NCBI GenBank assembly: GCA_951406725.2 | Contig: OX597830.1 | Location: forward strand, 9,052,001-9,116,000 | Origin: Octopus vulgaris | Lineage: Eukaryota | DNA length: 64,000 bases | Direction: 5' to 3' | In this document: positions 1 to 14,537 of the stretch, in pieces | How positions within the stretch are numbered: the first letter of the stretch is position 1 | How the letters are laid out: the number at the start of each line of letters is the position of its first letter | The notes under the pieces: model-generated | The model's database searches: none | What the model was told of the DNA's origin: nothing | The model's input: the letters and a program-made list of their open reading frames with translations, nothing else | Program-made: the position numbers and the translations under genes

Positions 1-24
1 AAGACACACTTGCACCACTACACA

Positions 25-61
<37 letters not shown>

Positions 62-117
62 GAAATTATATACTTGATAATACCTGTATATACCATTTGG
101 TGGTGTAGGTGGCGGAG

Positions 118-402
118 TAAATATAAAAACATGATGCTAAGATTCACGGCATATGTTTCGGCCTTTATTAGACATTGAGAGAAGAACGAGATGGACGCTT
201 CATTTTATGCTGTTGCCGCATTATGTCGTACGCGATAGAGGATTTGCATCCCAACCAAGAATTTTTTATGTAATACATGTCCTTGTTGAAGTTGTTGTGC
301 GGTGAAGAAGGCCACAGACATACATTATGCATTGTTATAAATCCTAATAAAGGCCCGAACATATGTACCGCTGAATCCTTGGCATCATGTTTTATTTTGA
401 TT
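118..402. mobile_element. Degenerate inverted-repeat PLE-type element with a hammerhead remnant
   Basis: 126-172 is inverted relative to 343-395. Plus 299-371 reads GCGG-TGAAGA-A-GGCC...GGCC-CGAA-C-ATAT-G-TA-CCGC. The left arm keeps GGCCGAAACATATG on minus. It lies between (TA)n tracts. Confidence 0.55.
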
Positions 403-502
403 ATATATATATATAGACGATAAGAAAATGGAGGAAAAATAACAAATAAGAAGTGTGTCTTTTGTGCTCGGAAGCCATTATTTAATTAGTTAAGGAAGGT
501 GA

Positions 503-547
<45 letters not shown>

Positions 548-1250
548 GATGCTCTTTTATCAAAGAAATATGACCTTACTGCAGTACTACTATATATTAA
601 TATAAGATGATATCTTGTGTCAAAGATCAAACTTCTGACAAGACACAGCCATGTACTGGTATACACCATACTCATATATACGTTGAGTCCTTTATTGAGC
701 TTTGGTCATCACAATGATTAGGGTCATGACTGAGGTGATCAAAGCAAAAGTACATGAGATTCACCCAAATGTGAAAGGTGTGTGGGTTACTCATTGCTGG
801 ATTTAACAAGCAGTTTTCTTAATGAAGTTATTCCAGGTAATCATGCGAGGTAACTTGGGCAAGGGTCTTCAACTATAGCCTTAGGACAACAAAAGCTTTT
901 TGAGTGGATTTGGTAGATGGAAACTAAAAGAAGCCTGTCATATACATTTATGTGTGTGTGTCTTTCACTATCACTTGAAAACCTGTGTTGATGTGTTTAC
1001 ATTCATATAACTTAGCAGATTGGCAAAAAGAGACTGATAGATTAAGTATCAGGCTTAAAAAAAACAAAAAAAAGGAACTTGAGTCGATTCATTTACCAAA
1101 AATTCTTCAAGGCGGTGCCCCTGCATGGTTGCAGTTTAATGAAGGAAACTATGAAAAAGGTAAAAGATAAGGCTATTAGTTTTATTTGGGTGCCCAGACA
1201 TGTCGGAGGGAGGTAGAATGAAGGAAATGGCTTAAGGTATGTATGAATAA

Positions 1251-1486
1251 AAGGCGGTGAGCTGGCAGAAACGTTAGCACCCTGGGCGAAATGTGTAGCC
1301 ATATTTCGTCTGCCATTACGTTCTGAGTTCAAATTCCGCTGAGGTCGACTTTGTCTTTCATCCTTTCGGGGTCAATAAATTAAGTACCAGTAACGCACTG
1401 GGGTCGATATGATCGACTTAATCTCTTTGTCTGTCCTTGTTTGTCCTCTCTGTGTTTAGCCCCTTGTGGGTAGTAAAGAAATAGGT
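1251..1486 (+). mobile_element. SINE family B (representative; ~20 units, e.g. 28332-28564-, 33194-33424-, 44520-44955-, 49680-50430+, 51047-51710+, 57512-58260+, 60860-61220+)
   Basis: AAGGCGGCGAGCTGGCAGAAACGTTAGC..GAGTTCAAATTCC (A and B boxes), with central GCCTTTCATCCTTTCGGGGTCGATAAA..AGTACCAG resembling the Nin/Deu SINE domain. Confidence 0.9.
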
Positions 1487-2553
1487 ATATATGAGTAAAA
1501 CCTGGATGCTGCCCCATGATAATACGTGTGCTCATTCATCAGTCTTCATCTGAGACTTTTTGGTAAAGCACGAGGTGATTTTAGGAACCGTACCCTACCC
1601 AAGCTATTTTCCAGATGTGGTAGCAGCAGACTAACTTTTTAATTCCCAAATCTGAAATCCAGTTTGTCAGTACCACATAAAATATATTTAATACACTTTG
1701 TGAAGGCAGATGGCTCAGTGGTTAGAGCATCAGGCTTACAATCACGAGGTAGTGAGTTCAATTCCTAGACCAGGCAGTATGTGTTGTGTTCTTGAGCAAG
1801 ACACTTTATTTCATGTTGTTCCAGTTCACTCAGCTTTAGAAATGAGTTGTGACATCACTGGTGCCAAGCTGTATTGGCCTTTGCCTTTCCTTTGGATAAC
1901 ATCAGTGGCATGGAGAGGAGAGGCTGGACTTGTGCCTTGGAGAGAAATTTTCTAGGTGCAACCCCATGGTCACTCATGACCGAAGGGGGTCTTTACACAT
2001 TACCCTATTTATATATAATGGCATGGAGTGGGTGAAGCTGGTATGCATGAGAAACTGCTGGTCTTCCATAAACAACCTTGCCTGGACTTGTGCCTTGGAG
2101 AGGAACTTACTAGGTGCAATCCCATGGTCATTTATCACCAAAGGGGGTCTTTACCCTTTTCACACTTTGTAAAGGGGTTGACATTAGGAAGGGCATCCAA
2201 CCATAGAAAGCATGCCAGAGAGACACTGGACTAGGATGTAGCCCTGGGAACTGTTGGATCCTGTTAAACCATCCAGCCATGCCAGCATGGAAGATGTGTA
2301 TTAAAGAGATGGAGGAGGTAGGAGCATTGGTGGTGATGCTGATATGACACCAATTTCGGAAGAGATTAAAGAAAATCTGCTCCAAGAAGTTAGAATTCCT
2401 TCTGGAAATGAATTCCAAAATTGGTTAAGACCATTGGGAGAGTGTATCAACAGCATAGGGAGGTAGTTTTAAAGGGTACAAGACTGATTAAATTGTAAGG
2501 AAAGCAATAAATTTGTTTTTCAAGAAATTTGGTTTCTTTCCAAACAGTCCTCT

Positions 2554-2586
<33 letters not shown>

Positions 2587-3018
2587 GAGAGAGAGTGAAA
2601 GACAGATACATAAATACATACATCAAACACATGCATTACACAGACATATACATGTATATACATACACGTATACAAAGAAGTACACACATAATACACACGC
2701 ACACATGCACTGTACACTTACATACACACACGCAGGACATGGATGTGGACATTAAACAGGAGACTTCACAATAACCGAAATTAATAAAACATCACCACCA
2801 CCACCCACCCCGTCACCTAAATGCTGCCTCACCAGTTACACTGTAACAATCATACCACAACCACAGCTGTCTATATACCTAGTTGTCTACCTGTAAATCT
2901 ATCTGTATCTATCTAGATGTATGTATGTAACCATCTACCTATCTATCTACATTTATCTATCAATCTATCTGCATTTATCTATCAATCTACCTATCTACCT
3001 GTCTATCTGTCTATCTGC

Positions 3019-3082
<64 letters not shown>

Positions 3083-3647
3083 GCATCTATCTATCTACCT
3101 GTCTATCTGCATTTATCTATCAATCTACCTATCTACTTGTCTATCTGTATCTATCTATCCGTCCATCCATCCACCTATCTATTTATTTATCTATCTACGT
3201 ATCTACCTATCTACCTACACACCCCTAACTGTCTACCCCACTACCGTCCTACCTACCTGTTCACCTACCAATTCCTACTCTAGAATCCATTCAGAGAAAA
3301 GACCAACATCAATGCAGTGATGTCACACAAGACAAGGTTTTTATTTTTTTATTTTTAAACATCAAGTTTAATATCAGAGAAAAGATACGTACACATGTGT
3401 GTGTGTATGTGTGTGTATGTGCTTGTGTGTGTGTATGTGTGTGTATGTGCTTGTGCGTGTGTTTGTGCATGTATGTATGCAAGCATCTATGATGTGAATA
3501 TAGATATATATATATCCACGCTTGGATGAACACACATATATATCAGGAGCAATATACAGGATGTCTTCACAGGAAATGCTGCATTCAACGTTAAACTATA
3601 AAGAAAGTCCCAATGTGTGCTCATCTATACATATTTATATGTGAGCA

Positions 3648-3682
<35 letters not shown>

Positions 3683-3702
3683 TTGTGCATATATGTGTGT
3701 GC

Positions 3703-3745
<43 letters not shown>

Positions 3746-3928
3746 AATGATAACATTTTAGAAAAAGTTTTAAAAAATCTCAAGAGATTTTCTGAAAGTA
3801 GAAGATTTGTAAGAAAAGGAGAAATAAAAGGGAAAAGCAGCTACCATTATCTATCTGTCTATCTATGTCTTTCTCTCTCTCTCTCTCCCCACACGTCTTT
3901 ATATATATTATGTATATGTTTGTATGTA

Positions 3929-3960
<32 letters not shown>

Positions 3961-4077
3961 CATACATGTAAGTCAGACAGACAGTGTGATGGCTGGGTAG
4001 GTGAGAGGACAAATGAAGACTTGCAGTAGCTTTACAGACATCTTATAATAGATGTGGGAGAGAATTAGAATTAAGAA

Positions 4078-4126
<49 letters not shown>

Positions 4127-4844
4127 ACCTGCATACATATGTGCCAATGTTTGTATTTGTCTGCATTCAGAAAGAAACATGTATGCATGGATGGACGGAC
4201 AGACAGACAGACAGACACAGACAGACAGGTGGACAGACGCATATCACGTATTGCAAATACAACAGTTCTGCAGTAATGTATATTTTATGATGGTTATTTC
4301 CCCCCACTCCACCCGCCCCATTTTTTCATGACTTATTTGCAGTTTCTTTGGAACAGCAAATACCAAAATCCATCATTAATGTTTCTAGACTATCTCAGCC
4401 TCATCATCAGGATGAAGTGATGTTACAATTCATTGCTGCCCCTTAATAACAGGCAGTACTAATGTGATCAGTGTACAGTCAGTCATACATATATATATCT
4501 TTTATCTAGCTTTTATCTTTTACTTTTTAATTGAATGAATCGACCCCACAACTTATTTTTAAGCTTGGTAAGTTATTTAATCGAGCTCTTTTGACAAACT
4601 GCTAAGTTACAGGAATGTAGACACACCAACATCGGTTGTCAAGCAGTGGTGAGGGATGAACACAGACACAAAGACATACACACGTATATATGATGGGCTT
4701 CCTTCAGTTTCCATCTAACAAATTCAAGGGTACAGTAGAAGATACCTGATACCCGCCCAAGGTGACATGCAGTGGGACTGAACATCAAACCATATGGTTG
4801 GAAAGCAAGCTTCTTACCACACACCCACACCCACACCCACACAC

Positions 4845-4886
<42 letters not shown>

Positions 4887-5987
4887 TCATCATCATCGTT
4901 TAACGTCCGTTCTCCATGCTAGCATGGGTTGGACGGCTGATTCGACCGGAGATCTGGGAAGCCAGAAGGCTGCACCAGGCTCCGGTCTTATCTTGCAATG
5001 TTTCTACAGCTGGATCGAATGCATACTAACACCAGGACAGCAAAAGGGACAGATATAAAAAACAAAAAACAATAATGGAATGCAGAAACATGAAATACAG
5101 AAGCATTAACGGTGAAAACAACAAGTGTCTTACGACTGATAACAAGCAAACAAATTTTTTCTCTGGCGCATATGTACATATATATATATACATACATACA
5201 TATATTTTGTCCTACCCCTGCATGCATGAGAGATGGAGGTTAAACAATGATGATATATATATATATTTCAAATTGTAACCACATGTGAATTGTTGGTGAT
5301 TTTTTTCCCTTTTGAATATATAACACAAGGTATGTGTTTTATCAGTTTGTGACTTGTCACTTCAAGAATGATGAAACATTAATGCCTATCACCATGTTAC
5401 AGGACCTGATGCGAGTCATCTCACTTGTCTATGACTTCCAGGTGTTTTGATGAGAATATATTGTCTTATGCCTATAATCGCAGCCTGCCCTCGAACTGAC
5501 AAAACACATACTTTGTGTATGTGTGTTTGGTATTGTTCATATATATATACATGTGTGCTTGTGCGTGTGACATCACATTAGCATTAGACACACCTCTCCT
5601 TTACTATATATATAGCCGCAAGGAGGCAAGGCGGCTGAGTTCATTTCAAGCATTGGGCGTCACAGAGGCAAAGTGGCTGAGTTCCTTTCGAGTGTTGGGC
5701 CTCACAGAGGCAATGACCAAGACTTTTGGCAAAAATCATAGTTATGGCAGATACTGGTGTCGCAAAAATTGTCATGCAAATGCACCCTGGTGTCACACAA
5801 ATCGTACCCATGCTGGTGGCACATAAAAACACCCATTACACTCTTGGAGTGGTTAGTGTTAGGAAGGGCATCCAGCTGTAGAAAACCATGCCAAATCAGA
5901 CTGGAGTCTGGTGCAGCCTTCCAACCTAGTCAAACTGGCCAACCCATGCCAGTATGGACAACAGACATTAAATAATAATGATGATGA

Positions 5988-6042
<55 letters not shown>

Positions 6043-6139
6043 GGAGAAATTATACAAAATGTATAAGTGGATAATGAGCACAGTTTCGATTACCTTCTAC
6101 TAAAACTGAATCTCTAGAGAGACTTTTTCTATTTATTTT

Positions 6140-6200
6140 ATTTATTTATGTACCCGAAAAGACCCAGAACGGGCTGAAACATGTGTCGTACTAAATAAAT
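6140..6200 (+). ncRNA. Degenerate hammerhead motif in a (TA)n-flanked PLE-like fragment (~6040-6240)
   Basis: Long stem I ATTTATTTA(T)GTAC/GTACTAAATAAAT, mutated core CCGAAAA, stem II CCC/GGG, GAAAC-ATGT-GTC. Confidence 0.5.
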
Positions 6201-6242
6201 TTAATTTTTTCCATCTATTTTATTAATACTGTTATATATATA

Positions 6243-6664
6243 CTCTTTTTACTCTTTTACTTGTTTCAGTCATTTGACTGCGGCCATGCTGGAGCACCGC
6301 CTTTAGTCGAGCAAATCGACCCCAGGACTTATTCTTTGGAAGCCAAATACTTATTCTATTGGTCTCTTTTGCCAAACCGCTAAGTTACGGGGACGTAAAC
6401 ACACCAGCATCGGTTGTCAAGCGATGTTGTGGGGGGGGGGGGACAAACACAGACCAGACACACAAACATATACACACACATACATACATATGTATATATA
6501 TATACGACGGGCTTCTTTCAGTTTCCGTCTACCAATCCACTCACAAGGCATTGGTCGCCCTGAGGCTATAGTAGAAGACACTTGCCCAAGGTGCCACACA
6601 GTGGGACTGAACCCGGAACCATGTGGTTCGTAAGCAAACTACTTACCACACAGCCACTCCTACG

Positions 6665-6667
<3 letters not shown>
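6243..6667 (-). mobile_element. tRNA-derived SINE family A (representative; at least 14 more full or partial copies, e.g. 856-1150+, 12730-13097-, 19370-19700+, 27775-28141-, 35861-36232+, 52957-53330+, 58950-59300-, 62632-62830+)
   Basis: Head AGGCGCAGGAGTGGCTGTGTGG..GGTTCAGTCCC, CORE-like CCTTGGGCAAGT, internal TA/TG microsatellite, tail ..GACTGAAACAAGTAAAAGAG. Confidence 0.9.
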
Positions 6668-6701
<34 letters not shown>

Positions 6702-6709
6702 TTAAACAA

Positions 6710-6759
<50 letters not shown>

Positions 6760-7010
6760 TTGTTTAAGCATACACTTTTCCATGCTTGTATGGGGCAGAT
6801 GGAGGATACTGAGGCAGATTTTTTATAGCCTCAAATACCTTTCCTATCACCAACCCTTACCTGTTCTGCAAGCAAGGTAACAATTTGCTCATGGCTACAT
6901 AATGTTTCCACAGAATATCAGGAATGAATGACAAGGCTTGTATGACTGTGTCATTCATTTACAACTATCACACAACACCGAGACAAAGACACGCACACAC
7001 ATTCATACAA

Positions 7011-7042
<32 letters not shown>

Positions 7043-7136
7043 AGTAAATATTTGTCAAATACACTTAAAGTGTATTCATAAAAAGGGATCAACAGACCTT
7101 TTTTTATAAGTCTAAAGCAATAATATATATAAAAAA

Positions 7137-7191
<55 letters not shown>

Positions 7192-7876
7192 TACACGCAT
7201 ATACATACCACATATATATATTCACAGACATTCTTTTTCTTTCTCTGGCCAGCTTTCTCTTTCTCTCTACCCCAACTACCTCCATAAAGTATGTAATTTA
7301 AAATTCAGCAGGCACCCTTATTTCATTCCTGTAATATAAATGCGTAGGCTCTTCTATTCATACCCGGCATTTGATGAAGGTTGGGGTATGTATACCCAAG
7401 ACAGTATGAGGGAGAGGTGTGGTAGATACATAGATAGAGATAAAGAGAGGGGGGGAAAGAGAAAGAAAGAGAGGAGATTGGATATATAAACGCCAACCCA
7501 CCACCCCATACACACATCAGCCGGCACAGCAGTATAGACTAATAACAAACCACCCGTATTTCTCTATTTCTGAAGAATGCCTACCCCTGTCGCGTATCTT
7601 TATCTTTGCTGTATGTAAAGCAATATAAAGTTATCAGGAAATATTCAAACAGCCATTTACCAGATCCTTCCATCCATACTGTTGTCTTTCAATATACATC
7701 AACTCACCTACCCACACTTTTACCCACCCATCCATGAAGCCAACACACCTACCTACCCATAGACTTCCACATTTTTCTATGTATATCACTCTCGCACCTC
7801 TCTTTTCTTCTCCATCCCCTCCTCTACATATTGATATATATATATGTATATACGTGTTTGCGTGTAAGTGCATGTA

Positions 7877-7909
<33 letters not shown>

Positions 7910-8090
7910 TCCCACCCACCCATGCCAGCATGGAAGGCAGATGTTAAACGATAATGATGATGATGATATATATATATATATATCTATATATGATTTAAAT
8001 GTGTGTGTACATATATATTTTATTACATATGTGTGCATTTATATATATGAATTACACCTGTGTGTATATATCTATGTATATATATATGTA

Positions 8091-8137
<47 letters not shown>

Positions 8138-8194
8138 ATTTCATGTGTGTATGCATATGTCACATGTGTGTATATGTATGTGCATGTATATATA

Positions 8195-8375
8195 TCGTCA
8201 TCATCATCGTTTAGCGTCCGCTTTCCATGCTAGCATGGGTTGGACGGTTCAACTGGGGTCTGGGAAACCAGGAGGCTGCACCAGGCCCAGTCTGATCTGG
8301 CAGTGTTTCTACGGCTGGATGCCCTTCCTAACGCCAACCACTCCGTGAGTGTAGTGGGTGTTTTTTATGTGCCAC
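8195..8375 (-). mobile_element. Family E retroposon with (GAT)n tail (copies ~2170-2310, 4884-5015, 5650-5990, 10460-11040, 12350-12650, 17040-17320)
   Basis: TTAGGAAGGGCATCCAGCYGTAGAAA..CCAACCCATGCTAGCATGGAAA..TAAACGATGATGATG repeated. The RTE-like tail assignment is inference. Confidence 0.75.
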
Positions 8376-9045
8376 CCAACATGTATATATATATATATAT
8401 ACATGTTTATTATATATATATATGCATGTTTATTGTATGTGTAGTGTATAGTATGTATTTAAACAATAAATACATATATTGATTACTACCAGAGACGATT
8501 CTGCTGGATATTTCAAGATGTTAAAAGAGTTAAATGGGAAAAATTAATGGAAGTTTAAACTGATGTTATTCATCTCTGTCACTGTTGCACAGTATCAGGG
8601 CCAAATTAAGACCCATAGAGGCTCTAAGCACTTAAAAGGTTTTGGAGCCCTCAAGTATATGTAAATGCTTCAAAATGTAAACAAAAATAATTCAAAATGT
8701 AAACAATAATAAACCATAAAATAAATTTTTATTCTTCAAAATGAAACAAAATTCATGGTTTATTTTTGTATGCTTCAACTTTATTTGTATTTGAATAGTT
8801 TTCTCTTTGTATTTTTTTGTTTTTTTTAATTGCAAAGTGTTCAATGATATCATTAAAATTAATTCTATGTAAAACTACTGCTTCTATACTTAATGGAGGT
8901 AAGGCATTATGAATATTATTTTAGCAAGTTTAAACTGATTTCTTTTGCAACGTAAACCCTTTTCATTTCTGTGGTGCCCCCGTCCCATGATGTCCTAAGC
9001 ACGTGCTTTTTTGTTTAATGGGTTAATCCTACACTATACTACACA

Positions 9046-9081
<36 letters not shown>

Positions 9082-9452
9082 GAGGTAGGGGGGCTCCGAA
9101 AGGGACCTCAGGGAGTAGCGTCCCTGCCTTCCTGAGTTAGTTTTCCACCACATTTCTTAAAAATCTTGGTAGAAGCCTTGGTCTTGGGACCACTCGTGCC
9201 TAGAAACTGAGGTTGGGGGTAAGCAAGGGCATGCTCCCTGTAGAAAATCCAGCTCCAAAAAAGCTTCATGATAGCAAAGGAGAAGGGGCACTAGCCAGTC
9301 CAAAGGTTGGGGTGGGCTGCACCTACCTACCTTGGTTGCTATGGCATTGTGGTAGATCTGATTCCCCCCACCCCTCGTTAACAGGGACAAAACTCAGATT
9401 TAAAACACTGGATGATGATAATATACATACATACATACATACATACATATAC

Positions 9453-9490
<38 letters not shown>

Positions 9491-9772
9491 ATGATTAAGG
9501 GTAAAATCAATTAATTATTAATTAATTTCACCAAGTCGTGTTCAGTATGTAAAAGGACCATTCAAGGCGTATTCAAAATATTACGTTATATAATTAGGGC
9601 TCAGTAAAATAATTTACTTTGCCACATACTGAAATTTTTAGAAATAGCAGCCAAAAAGTTTTTTTAGCCATTTCTACTACTTTAAGAAGAGTCTCCCAGA
9701 TAGTGTTTACTCAAAAATAATTCACGTAGATATGGAGGGAAAACACCAAAATATCACATGTACAAAGATTAT

Positions 9773-9835
9773 TTGAGAACGCTCGCGTTTCTAGATTAGC
9801 CGAATTAAAACTCGACATTTCTTTTGTCAGCTCAA
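9773..9835 (-). ncRNA. Hammerhead motif in a PLE-like fragment (~9490-9900)
   Basis: TTGAG-CTGACAA-(stem II AGA/TCT, GTCGAG/TTCGGC)-GAAA-CGC-GA-GCG-TT-CTCAA. The G8A change is consistent with CpG decay of CTGACGA. Confidence 0.55.
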
Positions 9836-12051
9836 CATTTCTTAATTTGGATTTGAAAGCACTAAAAAACTGAACATACCCGTCCGACATGAATCACATG
9901 TATGTATGTATGTATGTATATATATATATATTAGTTCAAGTCTAACCCATGCCACCACGGAAAACAGATGTTAAATGATGATGATACTGACTTTGCCTTT
10001 CATCCTTTCGGGGTCAATAAATAAAGTATCAGTTTCGCACTGGGGTCGATGTAATCGACTTAATCCCTTTGTCTGTCCTTGTTTGTCCCCTCTATATTTA
10101 GCCCCTTGTGGGTAGTAAAGAAATAGATATTGTACAATAGTTTTTTCATCTAATGCACTAAATGTGTGCCTATTTGCATTCACCATATGGTATGGTGTGA
10201 CAATTCTCATTATACAAAACTTGTAATTCTTTACAGAAATTTTATAATGTTTACATTTCTTTGACAAGTACTCACTGATGACGGTGACTGTTCATAAAAT
10301 AATAAAAAAAGTTGACTCTTTTTGACGGTGGCATCAAGAACATAATCAAGCCTGACAATGAAGTAAACGAGGTTGACGATGACAAATTTAAAAATTGAAG
10401 TCCCAGGTGATAATCTCAAATATAAGAGGGAACCGCTATATATTAGTCCATGATATAAAGTGGTTGGCATTAAGAAGGGCATCCAACCTTGAAAACCATG
10501 TCAAAACAGACACTGGAGCTCAATGCAGTCCTTGGAAACAGTGGATCCAGTCCAACCCATGGCAGTATGCAACATTAAATGATGACAATGTGTGTATATC
10601 ATCATCATCATCGTTTAACATCCGCTTTCCGTGCTAGCATAGGTTGGATGATTTGACTGAGGTCTGGCGAACCAGATGCTGCACCAGACTCCAATCTGAT
10701 ATGGCAGAGTTTCTACAGCTGGATGCCCTTCCTAACGCCTACATGCTACCGGCACGAGGGCCAGTTAGGTACTGGAAACAGCTACGCTCAGATGGTGCTT
10801 TTTATGTGCCACCTGCACAGGAGCCAGTCCAGCGGCACTGGCAATGACTTCGCTTGAATGTTTTTTACACGTGCCACCAGCACAAGTGCCAGTAAGGCGA
10901 CGCAGGTAACGATCACGCTCGAATGGTGTTTTACATGCCATTGGCACGGAGGCCAGCTTGTTACTCTGGCAACGATCTCACTCGTATGGTACTCTTAACG
11001 CTCCACTAGCAACGGATGCCAGTCATCGAATTTGATTTCGATTTTTTTTTATGTGTGTGTATAAAACCTTTGCAAATGTATATATGTATATATATAAAAG
11101 AATACAAAAAATGGGACAAGAACACAACAGGGAACAACAAAACATCTAGACAGATGATAGAAAAAGGGACAAGAAAAAAGAAGGATGGGTTATTCGGAGT
11201 TTTCTTTCATCAGTCGAGTTCCAGATTATATATATATATATATATAATTATTTTAATATATAAATTGTTTATTTCCATGCTGTCTACCTGATAATTATCA
11301 TTAACATGATTTTTATCTTTATTTTATGTATACATATATACATACACACATACATACATACATACAGGGTTTCTCCCCCTCAAATTCATCATTACACAGG
11401 CATACATATGCACACACACATGACTAAGATATTGGTCCTTTGCTGCATGTGGGCCCAGTATGTTGACATTTTTTTTTATTATAAATTTGCATGTTGTAAA
11501 CTTTACGAAATGTTAATACATGCGTCACACTAACCCCACACTCTTTCCTATATTAACTATGCACGAGCACCAAGTGGCGATACAATATTGCTTTGCAACA
11601 GAACATGATCCTTCCCTAAATACAAAAATATTGCAAATGTATTTACACTCCCCTTCTTTTTATATAACTTTTCCATATTGAAATCCAGCTTGGCCAGGAC
11701 ATCCATATATGTCAACACATTTGGGATTTTATAGAGCAAGAATTAATATCATGAATAAGAGTTATTATATCTTCTCTTTCGGTGCTATTCTATTAGTCAT
11801 CATAATTCTTAACCATTAACAAACAGAAATTTAAGGTGCAACCAGTAAAGTAACCAAACACACACACACACACACACAATTTGTGATTCTGTGTCTGTCT
11901 GTCTGTCATGGTGTAACTTAATGTTGAAATGTCTGTAGAAAGAAAGGGGTGATGAAGAAGAGCTGAGGTTACTTACAGACAAATTACTTGGAATAACAAC
12001 AATAAATGGAGGACTTTTTAAACACATACACAATATGTACAAATACATGCG

Positions 12052-12110
<59 letters not shown>

Positions 12111-12235
12111 AGTGCAAATACACTCCTTTTGAGTATGAAACATAAGAAAAAGAGGGAAATCAATATGTGTAATAGCTTATTTATTTATCCAAATGTGCGA
12201 CTTCACTGTCATAAACCTTCCCTTACAGCCTTCAG

Positions 12236-12304
<69 letters not shown>

Positions 12305-13656
12305 TATACATGCCGCTTGGAGATGTTTCACATATATGTATGTATATATCATCATCGTCATCGTTTAATGTCTTCTATGCTAGCATGGATGGAACAGTTT
12401 GACAAGAGCCGGCCAGGCAGAAGCCTGCACCAGACCTCTGTAACTGCTTTGGCAGGGTTTTTACAGCTGGATGCCCTTCCTAACACCAACCACTCAGTAG
12501 AATGGACTCAGTGCTTCTTACGTGGCACAAGCACAGGCAGGGTCAGTTTTGGCAAAGTTTTTACAGCTGGGTGCCCTTACGAATACCAATCACTTTACAG
12601 TGTGGACAGGGTGCTTTTAAGAGGTACCTGCACTGACAGAGTCACCAAGTACTTGCAAGACAAAAAGAAAAAAACTTTCAAGAGGGGAGGGGCATTGCAG
12701 GAGGTGATATGTATATTCTCTTCTTTCTGTTAATCGTTTCAGTCATTTGACTGTGGCCATGATGGAGCACCACCTTTAGTCAAACAAATCAACCCCAGGA
12801 CTTATTCTTTGTAAGCGTAGTACTTATTCTATCAGTCTCTTTTGCTGAACTGCTAAGTTACGGGTACATAAACACACTGACATCAGTTGTCAAGCAATAG
12901 TGGGGGGGGGGGGACAAACACAGACACAAATAACAAACACACACAATACGACAGGCTTCTTTCAGTTTCCTTCTACCAAATCCACTCACAAGGTTTTGGT
13001 TGGACCGAGGCTACAAAAGAAGACACTTGCCCAAGGTGCCAAGAACCATGTGGTTGGGAAGCAAGCTTCTTACCACACAGCCACTCCTGCACCTATGTAT
13101 GTATGTATGTATATATATATATACAAACACACAAGTACACATATAGACAGACACCACCAGTTGAGGAGTGGGGTCATAACCCCCTCCCCCCCAAAAAAAA
13201 TTACTGACCCTGCTCCAAAAATTTGAAATCAATGTCAAATATTCTAGTGTTACCCATCATTTAATGGTTAACTTTGGAAGAATAATTTTGACACCATGGC
13301 CAATAACAGGGAATATGGAATACGCACAATAGTTATAATTCAGCTTCTATCAAATTTCTCGATCCTTACATGAAATGGTGAAATGAAATTCTAATTTTCA
13401 AGAGAAAAGAATTTTCTCATTTTGTGTAACTCCTTCCAAAACTACTGTGTTTTGCTCCCTCTCCATCTCCCCTTCTTCCACCTCTGTCTCAATGATTCTT
13501 TTCTATCTCACTGCTCCTTTAGTCATTGTCTGCAACCAAGCCTACTATGTGCACTCATCCTGTACTCCTTACATTACTTCTCTGTTTCTCTCTTTTACTC
13601 TTTCCCGCCTCCCTATCTCAAACAAAATGCAAAGTGTGACTGGAGAAACCAACCAA

Positions 13657-13688
<32 letters not shown>

Positions 13689-13889
13689 AATCTCTACAGC
13701 TTAACCAGATATCTTGGGAAACGTCATTGCCTAGATAGATCTGTATGGCATAAAACATGTCACAATGCATCCAAGCAACTTGAGTTGAAGAAAAAAAACA
13801 ATAGAAGAACTAAATGTTCCACTTTCGAATGAGAACATGTATCCCTGCCCCATAAAATTCTGTTGACTGTTCTTTGAGCCACTTCTTCA

Positions 13890-14537
13890 CTACCTCCACA
13901 CTCACCAGATTTAGCGCCTTCAGACTATCATCTCTTCGGCGTCACGAAAGAGGATTTGAAAGGCAAACATTATTCCAGTGACGAGGAAGTGAAAACTGTA
14001 GTGAAGAAGTGACTCAAAGAATAGTCAACAGAATTTTACGTGGCAGGGGTACATGCTCTCATTCGAAGGTGGGACATTGCTATTGAGAGAAACAGTGATT
14101 ATTATGTTGAGAAGTAGGGATGTGATCCTTCTTTCTCGAGCCAGGCCTGGCTCATAAGGGCCAGTTTCCTGGTTTCTTTAGCGTATAGGTTCCCCACCTG
14201 GACGGGATGCTGGTCCGCCACAGGTGAGCTGCAAGATGCAGGAGGAAAGAGTGAGAGCAAGTTGGGGCGAAAGAGTCAGCAGAAGCTCGCCATTACTTTC
14301 TGCCGAGCAATGTGGAGCTTAGGTGTTTCGCTCATAAACACACCCATCGCCCGGTCTGAGATTCGAATCCGTGATCCCTCGACCGCGAGTCCGCTGCTCT
14401 AGCCACTAGGCCATGTGCCTCCACAGGGATGTGATCCACAGAGGACCAGCTTCATTTTGATGTATGATACATGTTCCTGTGTTGGTAATTATACCTGTCC
14501 TAAACAAAATGGCATTGCTTTTTGAGTCACCCTCGTA
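13890..14537 (+). mobile_element. Mariner (DD34D) 3' remnant interrupted by a SINE
   Basis: HSPDLAPSDYHLF...KGKHYSSDEEVKT...RRWDIAIERNSDY. The right TIR ends TTTTGAGTCACCCTCG-TA at 14535-14537. Confidence 0.8.
14129..14424 (-). mobile_element. tRNA-derived SINE family C, inserted in the mariner with a 13-bp TSD
   Basis: Head GTGGAGGCACATGGCCTAGTGG..GGATTCGAATC. TSD AGGGATGTGATCC at 14116-14128 and 14425-14437. Confidence 0.85.
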